Position numbers and translations under genes: made by a program | Assembly (NCBI RefSeq): GCF_006345805.1 | Contig: NC_042997.1 | Span: forward strand, 19,096,001 to 19,160,000 | Source of the DNA: Octopus sinensis | Lineage: Eukaryota | Direction: 5' to 3' | DNA length: 64,000 bases | Notes under the pieces: model-generated | What the model saw: only the letters and a program-made list of their open reading frames with translations | What the model was told of the DNA's origin: nothing | The model's database searches: none | Shown here: one piece after another, positions 12,456 to 26,136 of the stretch | How the letters are laid out: each line of letters begins with the position of its first letter | How positions within the stretch are numbered: the stretch's first letter is position 1

Positions 12456-13917
12456 TATAGTGATAATATTGTACTGCAAAAAGAATAAAGTGGATGTTAT
12501 GCACAATGTATTGTATTTTTCCTTTCCCTGTCACTCTCCTTTCATTCTATCTCTCTTTCTATCTCCCTTTTTCTCTCTCCCTCCCTCTCTCTCTCTTTCT
12601 TGCCGAACACTTGAATTGATTTCTTTTGCCTTTCATTTTCCTATAATCAGCTAACAGAAAATTGTATTCCACAGAATATGATTATCAAGGTGCTAATCAA
12701 TAAGCTAAAGGTTATTCCTCCTGGAAAACCAAACAGCATACGATGCGTTTAAAACTGGTCATTCACCTAACACATCGAAAGATTCCAAGCAAAGAGTAAA
12801 GTTTGGAAAGGGTTTTAAAAGAATTCGTTGTTAGGTAGGTAATTTCATACCCTCATCTTTTAAATAGTAACAGCTTGTCATAAGTTGCTGTTCATATTAT
12901 ATTTTAAGATCTCAAATCTATTTTTTCTCAATAATCTCAAACATAAATGTGATAATATCAATATTTCTATGGGATTTTGAAGTGTAATGCAGCAGTTATA
13001 CTGTGGAAACTATCTAGATATAGTGTCAGTTGTAGTTAACAAATATTTGTACTCAGAAAACTCTTTGAAATCATACTTTACTTTCCAATGTCATTATACA
13101 AGATTTAATTCTCTGAAGAAGTTTCTTCTTGTATGTACTTCATCACTTAGTTTATCGAAATCATTTAGCCCACGTTGTTTCAAAGATTACTGAAACATTT
13201 GTTGTTATTCATACATATGAAACAAAATTTTTGATCTGTAAGAAAATATATAGAAATGTAGTTCTTCAGAATTTAATACAAAAACTTTTAAACACTAGGC
13301 AGATATTATTGCAAGTTCAGTATGTTTTGAAAATGTAGTATTAGGAGCTTGTAATAGACAATAAAGTATGTGTGCTAAACATGAGAAAATAAAAACAAAG
13401 TAAGTGCCTGAACAACAATTCATAAAACATATATTACATATTTGGCAGTACACTATGATTAAAAGTAGAATAAAAATTAGACAAGTTTGAAAAGAAAATA
13501 ATTATCGGGCCTAATTTCTTCTATTTTTTAAAAATATTAATTGATCCTTCAAGCATAAGAAATCCCAATCAGTGATTTACTGAAAATATGCTGAAACAGC
13601 AGTCATCATAAGAGATACCAATTGTCATATCAGTAATTTTAAAGAAGTATTAAAAAAATTCTATTTTGAGATGTTTTTCATTTCTTCTTTTTTTGCAATG
13701 GTGACTTGCTGAAACATTAATTAGTCTATCTAAAGGGTTAACGCAGCTGTTGAATGGCTTGTTTTGAATATTATGTTCATTCTTTACAAACATAGTTTAT
13801 GTAACTTAATCATTCTAGATAACAAGTATTCTTATAAAAGCTTTCTTCATTATTTTCGTCTTATGCTCACCAGTGCATAATGCTGAATTAAAATTATATG
13901 TATACACACACACATAT

Positions 13918-14150
13918 ATCATCATCATCATCATCGTTTAACGTCCACTTTCCATGCTAGCATGGGTTGGACGGTTCAACTGGGGTCTGGGAAGCCCGAA
14001 GGCTGCACCAGGCCAGTCAGATCTGGCAGTGTTTCTACAGCTGGATGCCCTTCCTAACGCCAACCACTCCGTGAGTGTAGTGGGTGCTTTTTATGTGCCA
14101 CCGACACAGGTGCCAGACGAGGCTGGCGAACGGCCATGCTCGGATGGTGT
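13918..14150 (-). mobile_element. RTE-LINE 3' tail copy (family B), fairly young
   Basis: (ATC)n gtttaacgtccactttccatgctagcatgggttggacgg...cgccaaccactccgtgagtgtagtgggtgc, with CpGs largely retained. Confidence 0.9.
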
Positions 14151-14155
14151 TCCAT

Positions 14156-14219
<64 letters not shown>

Positions 14220-14247
14220 TATATATCATCATCATCATCATCATCAC

Positions 14248-15285
14248 CTGGGAAGATAGTTTTTGTGTGCAGCAAACACTCAGGGGCAGTAAACACTGAA
14301 AACGTGCAGAAAATAGCTTCTGTCACATTCCAGTGGAAGAAACTGCAAGTAGTTGATAGCTTCCGTTACCTAGGTGACCAAGTGAGTAGTGGGGGGTGGG
14401 GGTTGCTCTGAGAGTGTAGCTGCTAGAATAAGAATAACCTGGGCAAAGTTCAGAGAGCTCCTATCTGTGCTGGTGAAATGGAGCCTCTCACTCAGAGTAA
14501 AAGGTAGACTGTATGCCACATGTGTGTGAACAGCTATGCTACATTACAGTGAAACATGGGTCATAACTGCTGAGGACATGTGTAAGCTTGCAAGAAATGA
14601 AGCTAGTATGCTCCACTGGATGTGTAATGTCGGTGTGCATACACGACAGAGTGTAAGCACCCTGAGAGAAAAGTTGGGCATAAGAAGCATCAGATGTGGT
14701 GTGCAAGAGACAACTGCACTGGTATGGTCATGTGTTGCATATGGATGAGAACAGCTGTGTGAAAAAGCCTCACCTTCTAGCAGTAGAGGGAACCTGTAGA
14801 AGAGGTAGTCCCAAGAAGACCTGGGATGAGGTGGTGAAGCACGAACTTTGAGCGTTGGGCCTTGCTGAGGTGATAACAAATGACTGAAACCTTTGGAGAT
14901 ATACTGTGCTTGAGAAGACCTGGCAAGCCAAGTGAGACCATAACTGTGGCCTATGCCAGTGCAGCATAACCAGCTCATTTAAGAGTACCCTTCAATCATT
15001 GGGCAATAAACTGCACTTGTGAAGACCTATTGAGGCACGTGAAATCATTGTTGTGGCTGATGACAGTACTGCCTGACTGGCCCTCATGCTGGTGGCATGT
15101 AAAAAGCACCCACTACACTCTGAGTGGTTAGCATTAAGAAGGGCATCCAGCTGTAGAAACATTGCCAGATTGGATTGGAGCCTGGTGCAGCCTTCTGGCT
15201 TGCCAGCCCTCAGTCAAACCGTCCAACCCATGCCAGCATGGAAAGCAGACGTTAAACGATGATGATAATGAGGATAATGATGATA
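14248..15285 (+). mobile_element. 5'-truncated RTE-clade LINE: RT C-terminus, 3' UTR and (GAT)n tail
   Basis: Translation KLQVVDSFRYLGDQVSSG...VAARIRITWAKFRELL...LRVKGRLY...AMLHYSETW...RNEASMLHWMCNV...LREKLGIRSIRC, continuous with a 3' UTR ending ccatgccagcatggaaagcagacgttaaacgatgatgat. Confidence 0.9.
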
Positions 15286-15291
15286 ATATAT

Positions 15292-15359
<68 letters not shown>

Positions 15360-15459
15360 ATCCAAACAAGAAAACACAGAAAAAAGAGAAAAAAACACAG
15401 CAACGCAGGACGTGGAACAATTAAAGTATTATTGACGCTCAGGAAAGAAGGGAAGGAGG

Positions 15460-15494
15460 GTTTAATGTTTCAAGCGGAGCTCTTCGTCGGAAAC
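15460..15494 (-). ncRNA. Minimal type I hammerhead motif, degenerate (C at position 4; G16.2 to A)
   Basis: Minus strand: GTTT CCGACGA A GAGC TCC GCTT GAAAC ATT AAAC. Stem I GTTT/AAAC and stem II GAGC/GCTT. It lies inside a short repeat spanning about 15355-15540. Confidence 0.6.
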
Positions 15495-17067
15495 AAGGAG
15501 AAGGAAAGATCCCAAGGAGGGAAGACAGAGGAGAAAATATTTGAGCTGGTGGTGCTCAAGAGATCACATCTTGTAATATCTTGAAATTCTTTAAATACTA
15601 AATAACAAACTCATAGCTGATTGATAAAACATCTTACAAATACGAACTATTTCTAATCCTTAAAGGATAAACATATTAAAGAAGTGAAATTCTTGATAGT
15701 AAAAGAATTCTATTATAAAATATTGCTGAGGGATCTCTTTAAATAAATAGGGTTTAACTGTAAGATTACAGAATTTTATAATTATTGTCATTATTTTGAA
15801 ACAGAATCAGCAAGTGTTTGGCTTCATGTAGAAATTGAAACAAATCTGAGCTGAAGAAAATACCATTTACTAAAGAGATTATCCTGAGATATGTGAATGA
15901 GAAGAAAAATAATAATGGTGAAATGAAAAACAGACTGCATTATCAGATAAATTATGAGAACTGCTAAGAGAAAGTTCCCTTTTTCCTATCTTCCACTCTC
16001 CCTTCTCTCTATTCCTTGTTTCTCTTTGTACACACACACACATACACACACACACACCTCTAAGTATTCTCTGTCTGTTCCTCAATCTTTCTGCTTATTT
16101 ATTCCTTACTCTCTCTACTCTTTTCTTTCAATCACTTCCTTTTACATTCTTAACTCCATTTATTAACATGGTTCAACAATTACTTAACACTTGAAAAATG
16201 ATGCGTAATTGTTAAACATATAATATGCCCATTTGCTCAAGCCTATTGCAGAATACCAAATTGAGTGGAAAATATATTTAACTCTAAAATTGTAGGGGGA
16301 AATCCTTTCCACTCTCAGATTTAAATGTTTTTAATGTTCTGTTAGAAAGACAGAAGTATGTTCAATGTCTTGGCATGTTATGTATAAACATGTGTATGTC
16401 TATGTATCATGCATGCATGTGTATATGTGTGTGTGTGTGAATTGCATGTGTGTATGTGTGTGTGCATGTGTGGATTGTGTGTGTATGTGTATGTGTGGGA
16501 TGTTAAGTGGAGAAAAGCATGGTAATGCAATCAGGATGGTTAAGTTTGTGAATTTTGGAGAGGAAGTGATACTGGAGGGTTTGAACATTTTAAAGATGAG
16601 TTTGGTGGCAGTGAGGAGGAAGAGAGGAAAGGGTAAATAAATGGAGGTAACTATTTCCTGGTTTCAAAATGTGTCAGATATTTGCTATAATAAAGCAAGC
16701 AACTCAATAATTTCTTTTCAAGCTCCTTTTTAAATGTAGGAACTTTAATGCATTTAAGAAGTAACACCTACAGATCAGGTGTTATTTTATTGTTTTCAAA
16801 GGCAATAACCAAGAAACTTCATGCTTGTTCTATGAGAATTACACTTATTTCAAGCACAAGTTATATTGCGATCTTTGACATATGTCAGAAATACTTGTAG
16901 ATATTTATGATATTCAGCAGAGTTATTGCATACAGTGATATCCTCTAAATATGAGTAGGAAGATGTAAGATTGTTTTGGAAGATAATTTTTTTCATCACT
17001 CATTGAAAACCTGCTACAGAGTTCATAAGCTCAAATGAAAGTTTTGTATGCTGATATTATTTTTCAG

Positions 17068-17124
17068 AATATTTGGAAACGAGTATAAGGACAGACTTAA
17101 ACCATTATTGGAAGTTGATAATAG
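17068..17124 (+). CDS. Candidate internal coding exon of an unidentified gene
   Basis: Acceptor gatattatttttcag|, donor ag|gtatct; 57 nt, phase 2-2, open frame IFGNEYKDRLKPLLEVDN. Product not recognised; could be chance. Confidence 0.3.
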
Positions 17125-17639
17125 GTATCTTTTGTATCAAACTTGCTGAAATATATAAAAATGTCATGATCTAGCATGCATTAAACTCATCAATAACAGA
17201 CACTGGAAAAAAAGCATTATAAAGATGGTTGTGATAGTGGTTTAAAAATCAATAAGAATGTGTAGCTTGCAATTTACTAGGGTTTTCTTTTTGTTGTTGT
17301 TACTATAACTTGAGCTCTCCATTGCATGTTACTCAGTTTTATAGTTTCTTCTTTGATCAAGTATTTATTTCTTGTCTTATAAATTTGAAATTGTCTACAG
17401 ACTATTTTCCAGTAGGTGTAGCATGATGCTTTGTATTTGGAGTTAAATAAATCTCCTGATGAGTGAATTTGACAATACAAGATTGGCTTCTAGGTCATTT
17501 AATTTTAAAATGTCACTGAAGAGTGCTGAGAAAGGAAACCCTGTCTGAGTAGAATATCTGAGCAGAGATTGTGTACAACTAACAGTGACTACTATTTGTA
17601 TAGCATATATTACATTCTTCCTTTGTATAGTCCCACAAA

Positions 17640-18010
17640 TAAGGAACTACATTGTACTGACACCATCAGATTATTTTCTCTAATTGGTTTAATGATGAAA
17701 CTGTTTCACTTAACAAAACCAGCCTTGATAAAGTTGCCAGTGCTTTACTGTCAACTGAAAGTTGCAGTGATTGATTGTTAATTACAGTATTAACAGAAGC
17801 ATGAGAGAAAAGTTGTCCCAATAAAGCTAATGCAGTGAAGATTGGTTTATTACATGGGTTTAATGGTGTTCTGCTTATTATTATGTGAATTTGCACACTT
17901 AAACTGAGAAAACTGGCCTTTTTTCTCACATTTGTGACACATGACATCTCTTGCTGGACATTTTCTATGGCTATGTCTGCACTTGCCATAAAAAACTACT
18001 TTTGAGAAAG
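17640..18010 (-). mobile_element. Ty3/Gypsy LTR retrotransposon gag zinc-knuckle and aspartic protease remnant
   Basis: Minus strand: CRHSHRKCPARDVMCHKCEKKGQFSQFKC (gag CPA...CxxC.K.GH pattern), then INNQSLQLSVDSKALATL (degenerate I.G..V...VDTGA protease motif). Confidence 0.6.
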
Positions 18011-18069
18011 CAGTTGCTAAATTAGCTTCTTGCATGGGGTTCATTTTGTGATAGCAGGACATTTACAAG

Positions 18070-18121
<52 letters not shown>

Positions 18122-19127
18122 AAATACATACTACACACATGCATGTCTCTTCTTAATTTGAACAGAGGCAATGCAAGCTGAAACTAGAGGAACATAATTA
18201 AGATCCACACTCGAAGATCAAATAGATACATATATTCATGTATTCTTGCACATTTACAAAACGGATGTATAAATTCCAGATATAAAGATATAAAAATATA
18301 TATAAATAGATATAAGTCAGTGTTATATATAAAACACAGTGAATTTACATTTTAAAAGTTATAAAATATAGGTATAATAAAAAATTTGGGATGATGAAAC
18401 ATTAAAAGAATGTATTAAAGACCTTTGAAAAATAACACAAAAATTTAAAAATCTAAAAATTTAGAGTTCCATCTATTGGCTGCTTCAGAGACGTACCAAG
18501 TAATATGATATATTTCATATTATCAAAACTGACACTACCTCCATCAGGATGTTTTTTACACACACTATACTACAACTCCAGTTTGTATTTTTTGTGAGTA
18601 TTGTTAACACTAGCAATCTCAAAATAAAGCTGAATATTTTATACATATATACATATACATATAGTTATGGTATATTCTGTTAAGAGAGTAGTAGTGTACA
18701 GCATAAAGCTCATCCAACTTCAGATTTCACCCTGTGCTATCCAGTAGTAGTATTATACGTACTTCTAGGTTTGTGTTTGGGCTTCTGTCATGTATTCTTA
18801 GATAACTGAAAAATGTGGAGTCAACAAAAAGAAGTATGGGTAGACATTTATTTTCAATCACTACAATTGTTTCTATGCAACGTAGTTCTCTAAACAGAGA
18901 ACTTACGGAAACAGTGTTTACATATTGCCTGAGAAAATACAGCCTGATCTCATAATGCAGGGAAACAGTTGCATACTCAAGTACCTGTATGCTTGGAGAA
19001 CTATGTCATGTAGAAACAATTGTAGTGATTGAAAATAAATGACAAATCATACTCCTTCTTGTTAACTCCGAATTTTCCAATTATATATATACATGCATAT
19101 ATATATACATGCATTATATATATATAT

Positions 19128-19159
<32 letters not shown>

Positions 19160-19271
19160 TTTATATATATATATATATATGGGGGTATATATATGTATGT
19201 ATATATATATGCATATATATATATATATATGTACACATGCATATATATATGTACATGTATATGTGTGTGTT

Positions 19272-19304
<33 letters not shown>

Positions 19305-20214
19305 TAATATATATATATATATATACATATATATACATATATACACGTGTCAGGCAATATGATATGCTTGAGAAGACCTGTTGAGTCAAGTAAAACCAAT
19401 ATCATAGCTGGAGCCGGTGTCTTTTCCCTTCGTACTAAACTAAAAGCTGTTACTTATTTAGCAGCCTAGTAGGTATCAGTTGTTAATACATGAGTGGTTG
19501 GTATATAAAACAATGGGGTATGAACATAGCAAATAAGAATTCACTCTATATATCACTGGAAAATTACTCAGTCGTAAGAAGCTTTAATGTGAGCTGAACA
19601 ACAGAATGTATTCTGAGAAGCTATTCCACTCCCAGCACTCATAGTAATGTTTCTGCCATGACTTCTGTATACTCCTCACTATCACATTCTGTGATTTTGT
19701 CTGTATTGCAGCCTTCTTCCATGATTAAGGTACCCCAGATCCAAGGTACATTTGGGGGTTGTAAGGAGCTTCACCAAAGACAATAGTTGACTGTAGAGTT
19801 TATAATACTTTCTGAAATTTGTTTCCATTGATCTTGTAATTCCGGCCTTAGAGGCTGGTATAAAGACATTTGATTTTTTCCATACCATTGACTGTCATCG
19901 GTTTCATCTTTGTTGTTGTTGTTGCCACTTTTATTAAAGCAAGTCTACTAATCACCACTACCACCATTGTCATCATAGAAAAGTAAGGAAAAAAGGCCTT
20001 CAGCATGCTCAGCTGGTATAAACTAGAACACTTAACTTGCTACCAAAAGCTATACAGTAGCTAGGTGCAAATGAACCTAAACAGTACTATTAATTTCCAT
20101 TAAGTGAAATATTTAATCACCAGCAGTGCTCAAAAACTCAGAAGGTGGTTGATGTTATAATTTCATGTCTATATGAATATTTAAAAAACCTTGAAGAATA
20201 AACATCAAATATTA

Positions 20215-20266
<52 letters not shown>

Positions 20267-20271
20267 CTATC

Positions 20272-20310
<39 letters not shown>

Positions 20311-20441
20311 GTATATATATATATATATACATATATACATTTGATTTTGTCTATACTATTGACTGTCATTGGTTTCGTTGTTGTTGTTGTTGCCACTTTT
20401 GTTAAGGCAAGCCTACAAATCACCACGTTCACCACTACTAC

Positions 20442-20506
<65 letters not shown>

Positions 20507-20589
20507 TAGAAAGAGAGAGAAACTGAGAAATAAAGAGATAGAGAGATATTTATACACATGTTTGTGTATGTCTTTATATGTGTGTGTAG

Positions 20590-20673
<84 letters not shown>

Positions 20674-20886
20674 ACACATGTAAGCGTGTGAGTTTGGAAA
20701 AGATATGAAAGTCACTAGATACAAGCAAGTGTTATTTCCACTTCTTTAGTCAACAAAATTCATGAAACAAGAGATTCCTTCCTTGAAAATGGATAAAGAT
20801 TGGTAGCAGAATGGGCATCCAGCAGTAAAACAATGTCCCAACAACATACACAAGCAAAGCATAACTGCATAGTAAATGCATAACAA

Positions 20887-21066
20887 GCGCAGGAGTGGCT
20901 ACAGGCGTAGGAGTGGCTGTGTGGTAAGTAGCTTGCTAACCAACCACATGGTTCTGGGTTCAGTCCCACTGCGTGGCATCTTGGGCAAGTGTCTTCTGCT
21001 ATAGCCTCGGGCCGACCAATGCCTTGTGAGTGGATTTGGTAGACAGAAACTGAAAGAAGCCTGTCG

Positions 21067-21111
<45 letters not shown>

Positions 21112-21337
21112 ATGTGTATGTGTGTGTGTTTGTCCCCCTAGCATTGCTTGACAACCGATGCTGGTGTGTTTACGTCCCCGTCACTTAGCGGTTCGGCAAA
21201 AGAGACCGATAGAATAAGTACTGGGCTTACAAAGAATAAGTCCCGGGGTTGATTTGCTCGACTAAAGGCGGTGCTCCAGCATGGCTGCAGTCAAATGATT
21301 GAAACAAGTAAAAGAGTAAAAGAGAGAGTAAAAAGAG
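20887..21337 (+). mobile_element. SINE family A, full length, with duplicated 5' tip
   Basis: gcgcaggagtggct-acaggcgtaggagtggctgtgtggtaag through to the gtaaaagag tail. Confidence 0.9.
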
Positions 21338-21386
21338 TAAATCGGTTATAAACTGAACATAGTTTGTGTATGTACATATATATATA

Positions 21387-21818
21387 GGCGCAGGAGTGGC
21401 TGTGTGGTAGGTAGCTTGCTTACCAACCATATGGTTCTGGGTTCAGTCCCACTGTGTGGCACCTTGGGTAAGTGTCTTCTAGTATAGCCTCAGGCCGACC
21501 AAAGCCTTGTGAGTGGATTTGCTAGATGGAAATGGAAAGAAGTCCGTCGTATATATGTATATATACATGTGTGTGAGTGTGTGTGTATATATATATGTGT
21601 GTGTGCATATGTTTGTGTGTCTGTGTTTGTCCCCCCAACATTGCTTGACAACCGATGCTGGTGTGTTTACATTCCCGTAACTTAGCGGTTTGGCAAATGG
21701 GACCGATAGAATAAGTACTAGGCTTTCAAAGAATAAGTCCTGGGGTCGATTTGCTCGATTAAAGGCAGTGCTCCAGCATGGCCACAGTCAAATGACTGAA
21801 ACAAGTAAAAGAGTAAAG
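21387..21818 (+). mobile_element. SINE family A, full length, tandem with the previous copy
   Basis: Same head, core and tail; starts about 50 bp after the previous tail. Confidence 0.9.
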
Positions 21819-22489
21819 GAGAGATAGAGTATAGATTAATACAGACAGACAGACAGGCAGATAGACAGACAGATAGATAGAGAGACAGAGACAGACAAAC
21901 AGGCAGATAAACTGACTGGTAGCTAGCTAGCTAGATAGATAGATAAATAGAAGAGAGATAGTTATACCAACACAAATATGCATCACACACGTACACACTC
22001 CGTACAAGCACTGAGAAAGAAGAGAGAAGGAGGGAGAGAGCGCTAAAGAAAGGGAGAGAAAGAGACAAGAAAATGAAGCCAAAGGTATATACATATACTA
22101 TTCAGTTAGCATTAGGAAAAGAATAAACAAACATATTTGTAAACTAGTGAGGGTCTGATAGTTATTGAATGCAATAAAAGAAGGGTAAAAATAATAAACA
22201 AAAAATGTCTCTTAACAAAATCTTTTGGTGCTTCTTTATGCTTTTTTTTCTTTCTTTTTTTTTCTTTTTGTATATTTGTGATTATTGAGTGTGAGTTTAT
22301 TTTATTTAAAAGAGGAAAAGAAATTGAAAGAATTAAGTTTACCAGAAGAATTTTTTTTTTTTATATTTATATTTGTTCCCAGCTTGTTACATTGACATGA
22401 CAGTTGTAATTTGCTGCCAGAATGACGCCTTGCTAAATTCTTGAGTTCTTTTCACGTGCCACTATTGTTACAGCAAGCCTACTCATCAC

Positions 22490-22796
22490 TGCCGTCATCA
22501 CCAGCACCATTACCACAACAACAAAGACAACCATAACCAACACCAACAACCACCACCACCACCACCACCACCACCACCAACAGCAGCCACCTCTACCAGG
22601 ACCACCACTATGGTGGACAGCTATTTGCATGCAACCAAAACAGACCATTGCTTCCACTTTTTACATTATTTTTATCGCCACCACCAACATCACCACCACC
22701 ACCAGCATCATCATCTTCACTATCATGATTATTATTGTTGTTGTTGGTATTCTTCTTCTTCTTCTTCTTCTTCTCTTCTTCTTCTTCTTCTTCTTC

Positions 22797-22828
<32 letters not shown>

Positions 22829-23092
22829 GTTATTGTTGTTATTCTTCTGCATCTTCTTCTTCTTCTTCTTCTAATTATTATTATTATTATTGTTGTTGTT
22901 GTTGTTATTCTTCTTCTTCTTCTTCTTCTCTTTCGTCTTATTATTATTATTATTATTATTATTTTATCATTATTAATATTTTTGTTGTTGCTATTTTCAT
23001 TATCATTATTGCTACTAATATTTTTGTTGCTGTTATTATTATTATCATCATCATCATCATTACTATTATTATTATTATTATTATTATTATTA

Positions 23093-23131
<39 letters not shown>

Positions 23132-23276
23132 ATTTATTATTATTTTTATTATTAATTATTATAATTATTATTATATTATTATTATTATTATATTATTATT
23201 ATTTATTATTATTATCATCATCATCATTATTATTGTTTTTATTGTATTATCATCATCACCATCATCATTATTATTA

Positions 23277-23318
<42 letters not shown>

Positions 23319-23320
23319 GA
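22490..23320. repeat. Compound trinucleotide microsatellite (ACC/ATC/CTT/ATT/GTT)
   Basis: Seen directly; explains the homopolymer ORFs at 22610-23355. Confidence 0.95.
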
Positions 23321-23926
23321 AAGAAATAGTTGCAGTGACGGAAGAAATTTCTTGAATTAGAGGTGGATAAACAGAATAGAGGATTATATCACACCCTTAC
23401 CCACTTCAATTTATGCCATTCTGATGACTAATGTCTGTAATTTAGGCAGTGGGCTGGAATAAAGGTATTCGATTTTGTTGTTATCGTTGATTGTCATTGT
23501 TTTCCTTGTTATAGCTGTTGTTGTAGTTGTAGTAGTAGTAGTTGTTGTTGTTGTTGTTGTTGTTGTTGTCGTTGTTATACAATGGTAGTTTAATCTAGTT
23601 ATGTGTTGCATAGATTGGAACAGATAAGTTGGCAGGGAAAGAGGAAGGGACAAGCAATGCGATAAACTTTGTGAGATTGTATGTGAAAGGGGGAAAAATA
23701 GCAAGGAATATATATAAAAAAAAACAACAAAATACAGAATAAAATAAAATCCCTAGCTTAAAGTCACTAGCATAAAACAAAAATAAAAATGGGAGGAAGA
23801 GATTATATAAATGTATTTATGTACATACATACAAACAGACACATATTTTCATACAAACAGACACATATGTACACACACACACACACATATGTGTGTGTGT
23901 TTGTATGCATGTATCAGAACAAAGTA

Positions 23927-23970
<44 letters not shown>

Positions 23971-24140
23971 AGGGAATCTTATAAGTTTCTACTTTTCTCC
24001 CCTCCCTACTCTCAATATGTGTGTTATGTATGTATGTGTAAATATACATATTTATATATATCGTTTATACAACATATGTGTGCGTGTGTGTGTGTGTCTG
24101 TGTGATTGTGTGGGGATGGGGTGTGTATGCATGTATGTGC

Positions 24141-24172
<32 letters not shown>

Positions 24173-24273
24173 GCATGTATATATATATATATGCATGTTA
24201 TATATATATATATACATGTATATATATATATATATATATATGCATATATATATATATACATACATACATACAT

Positions 24274-24330
<57 letters not shown>

Positions 24331-25619
24331 GAAAAGGAAAGGGAAAGTAAGAGAGAGGAGGAGGTAGAAAAGATAAAAGACACAGTCTGGCTGCAGAGGT
24401 AATACAGGGAAGGATCTCACATATATAATGTAGGAGAGGTAATAAGATGGATAGAGATTTCCTAAACAGAAAACAGAGTGAAGGACAAACATATAGTGAC
24501 AGCACTGAAAAGACAAAAGAGGCTGAGAGCAAAATTAAATAGATAAGTAAATAAATAATGAAATAGATAAAGAAGTAAATATATAAAATGTATTACAAGT
24601 GGAGGGAAAGGGAAAAAAAAAGAGAAAGTGAGAAATAAAGTGAGGTTGGCAGAGGAAGGAAAACTACATGAGAAAGGAGTGCAAAGATAGTTCAAGATTA
24701 GAGGAGTCTAAAATATGAAAGAGCGAGACAGAGATGAGGGAGGGAGGGAGGACTGAAGAAAAAAGCAAAATAAAGATGCATGAAGGAAAGGAAAAGTGAA
24801 GAGTCATTCATAGTCAGAAGAAAGTCTGGTCTGAAATTTTTTTTCAATTCCCTACCCAACCCTGTGAAGATCCAGCAATACTGTATAACAATATTAGGCC
24901 AAGATATTAGTTCTCTAAGCTTGTAGCAACAAAAATTTTCATATAGAATTAGACCTCTTCGTTTTTCATAGTATTTCCATCCTTCACTCCATCTCTCTTT
25001 CTCTTTAATTGGTGCTCATTACTTCTTATTTATTTATCATATTTTTCCCATATGTGGTAACAAAACCCATAAATGAATTGGTATAAAAAAAAAATAAAAC
25101 CAGGCAGTGACAACAATAGCAACAAAAACAAAAACAAAAAATACCTAATAAAGAAGGAATGAAAAAAATGGAAAATAAAGAAAGAAAGAGAGAAATGAAA
25201 AACAAATATGTAAAAAAAAAACACCAGATATGCAAGTTCCTGAAAAGAAAACATACAAGAGAGGAAGTTGAAATACAATTAAGAATCAAAAAGAAAAAAA
25301 TGTAACATATTAACACGATACTCACTCAAGCAAACATAAATTAAATATATCATTAAGAATATTCCCAATAAAATTCTTAACCTTTCCTGGCATACCTAAT
25401 ATATTCATTATTTCAGAGGAAAGTTTTTTTACTTTCACTTTACTACACAACGTTCTATAGCAATGTTTTTATATTACCTTACTGTGTCTTGCTTTATTAT
25501 CCATGACAAGCAACTGAAAAATATGAAAAAAGTAAATACATATATTCTAAAAATAAAATAATAAAACAAAGCTTACACATTTTCGATTAATTATATTTAA
25601 TCATTAATATATTGGTATC

Positions 25620-25710
<91 letters not shown>

Positions 25711-26100
25711 ATATATATATATGTATATATGTATATATATGTGTATGTATGTATGTATGTATGTATGTATGTATGTATGTTTCTATCCATGTGAGTGTGT
25801 GTGTGTGTGCAATGTCTGTGTATATGTGGGCATCTACATATATATATTCATATAGGCATATCTACATACATATAAATGCAACATATATGTGTAGGATGTG
25901 TGGATGAGGGCGTAGGCACGGGGTTGTGGGAGTGGGTGTGGGCGTGGGTGTGTGAGCGTGGGCGTGCAGGCGTGGGTGTGGGTGTGCATGTGTATGTGTG
26001 TATTGTAAATATAATAAACAATAAAAGAAAGAAAATGACGTCATTGGAAGAATAGAATTTCACAAATACTGTAGTAACTTGACACTTAAATGGAAGTGAA

Positions 26101-26136
26101 TCTTAACATTTCGGACGTTAGTCCTTCATCAGAAGA
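26101..26136 (-). ncRNA. Minimal type I hammerhead ribozyme motif, near-intact
   Basis: Minus strand: TCTT CTGATGA A GGAC TAAC GTCC GAAA TGTT AAGA. Stem I TCTT/AAGA, stem II GGAC/GTCC, loop-less stem III AA(C to T)GTT, GUU cleavage triplet. Confidence 0.75.

Noticed and set aside
17510-17545. TCA CTGAAGA ... GAAAC CCT GTC TGA hammerhead-like string
   Set aside because: The segment between the cores (GTGCTGAGAAAG) cannot form stem II; likely chance.
19630-19880. Minus-strand frame PLRPELQDQW...YCLW*SSLQPP...EEYTEVMAETLL with one internal TGA (selenocysteine or editing idea)
   Set aside because: No recognisable family, no convincing donor and no SECIS identified; indistinguishable from chance.
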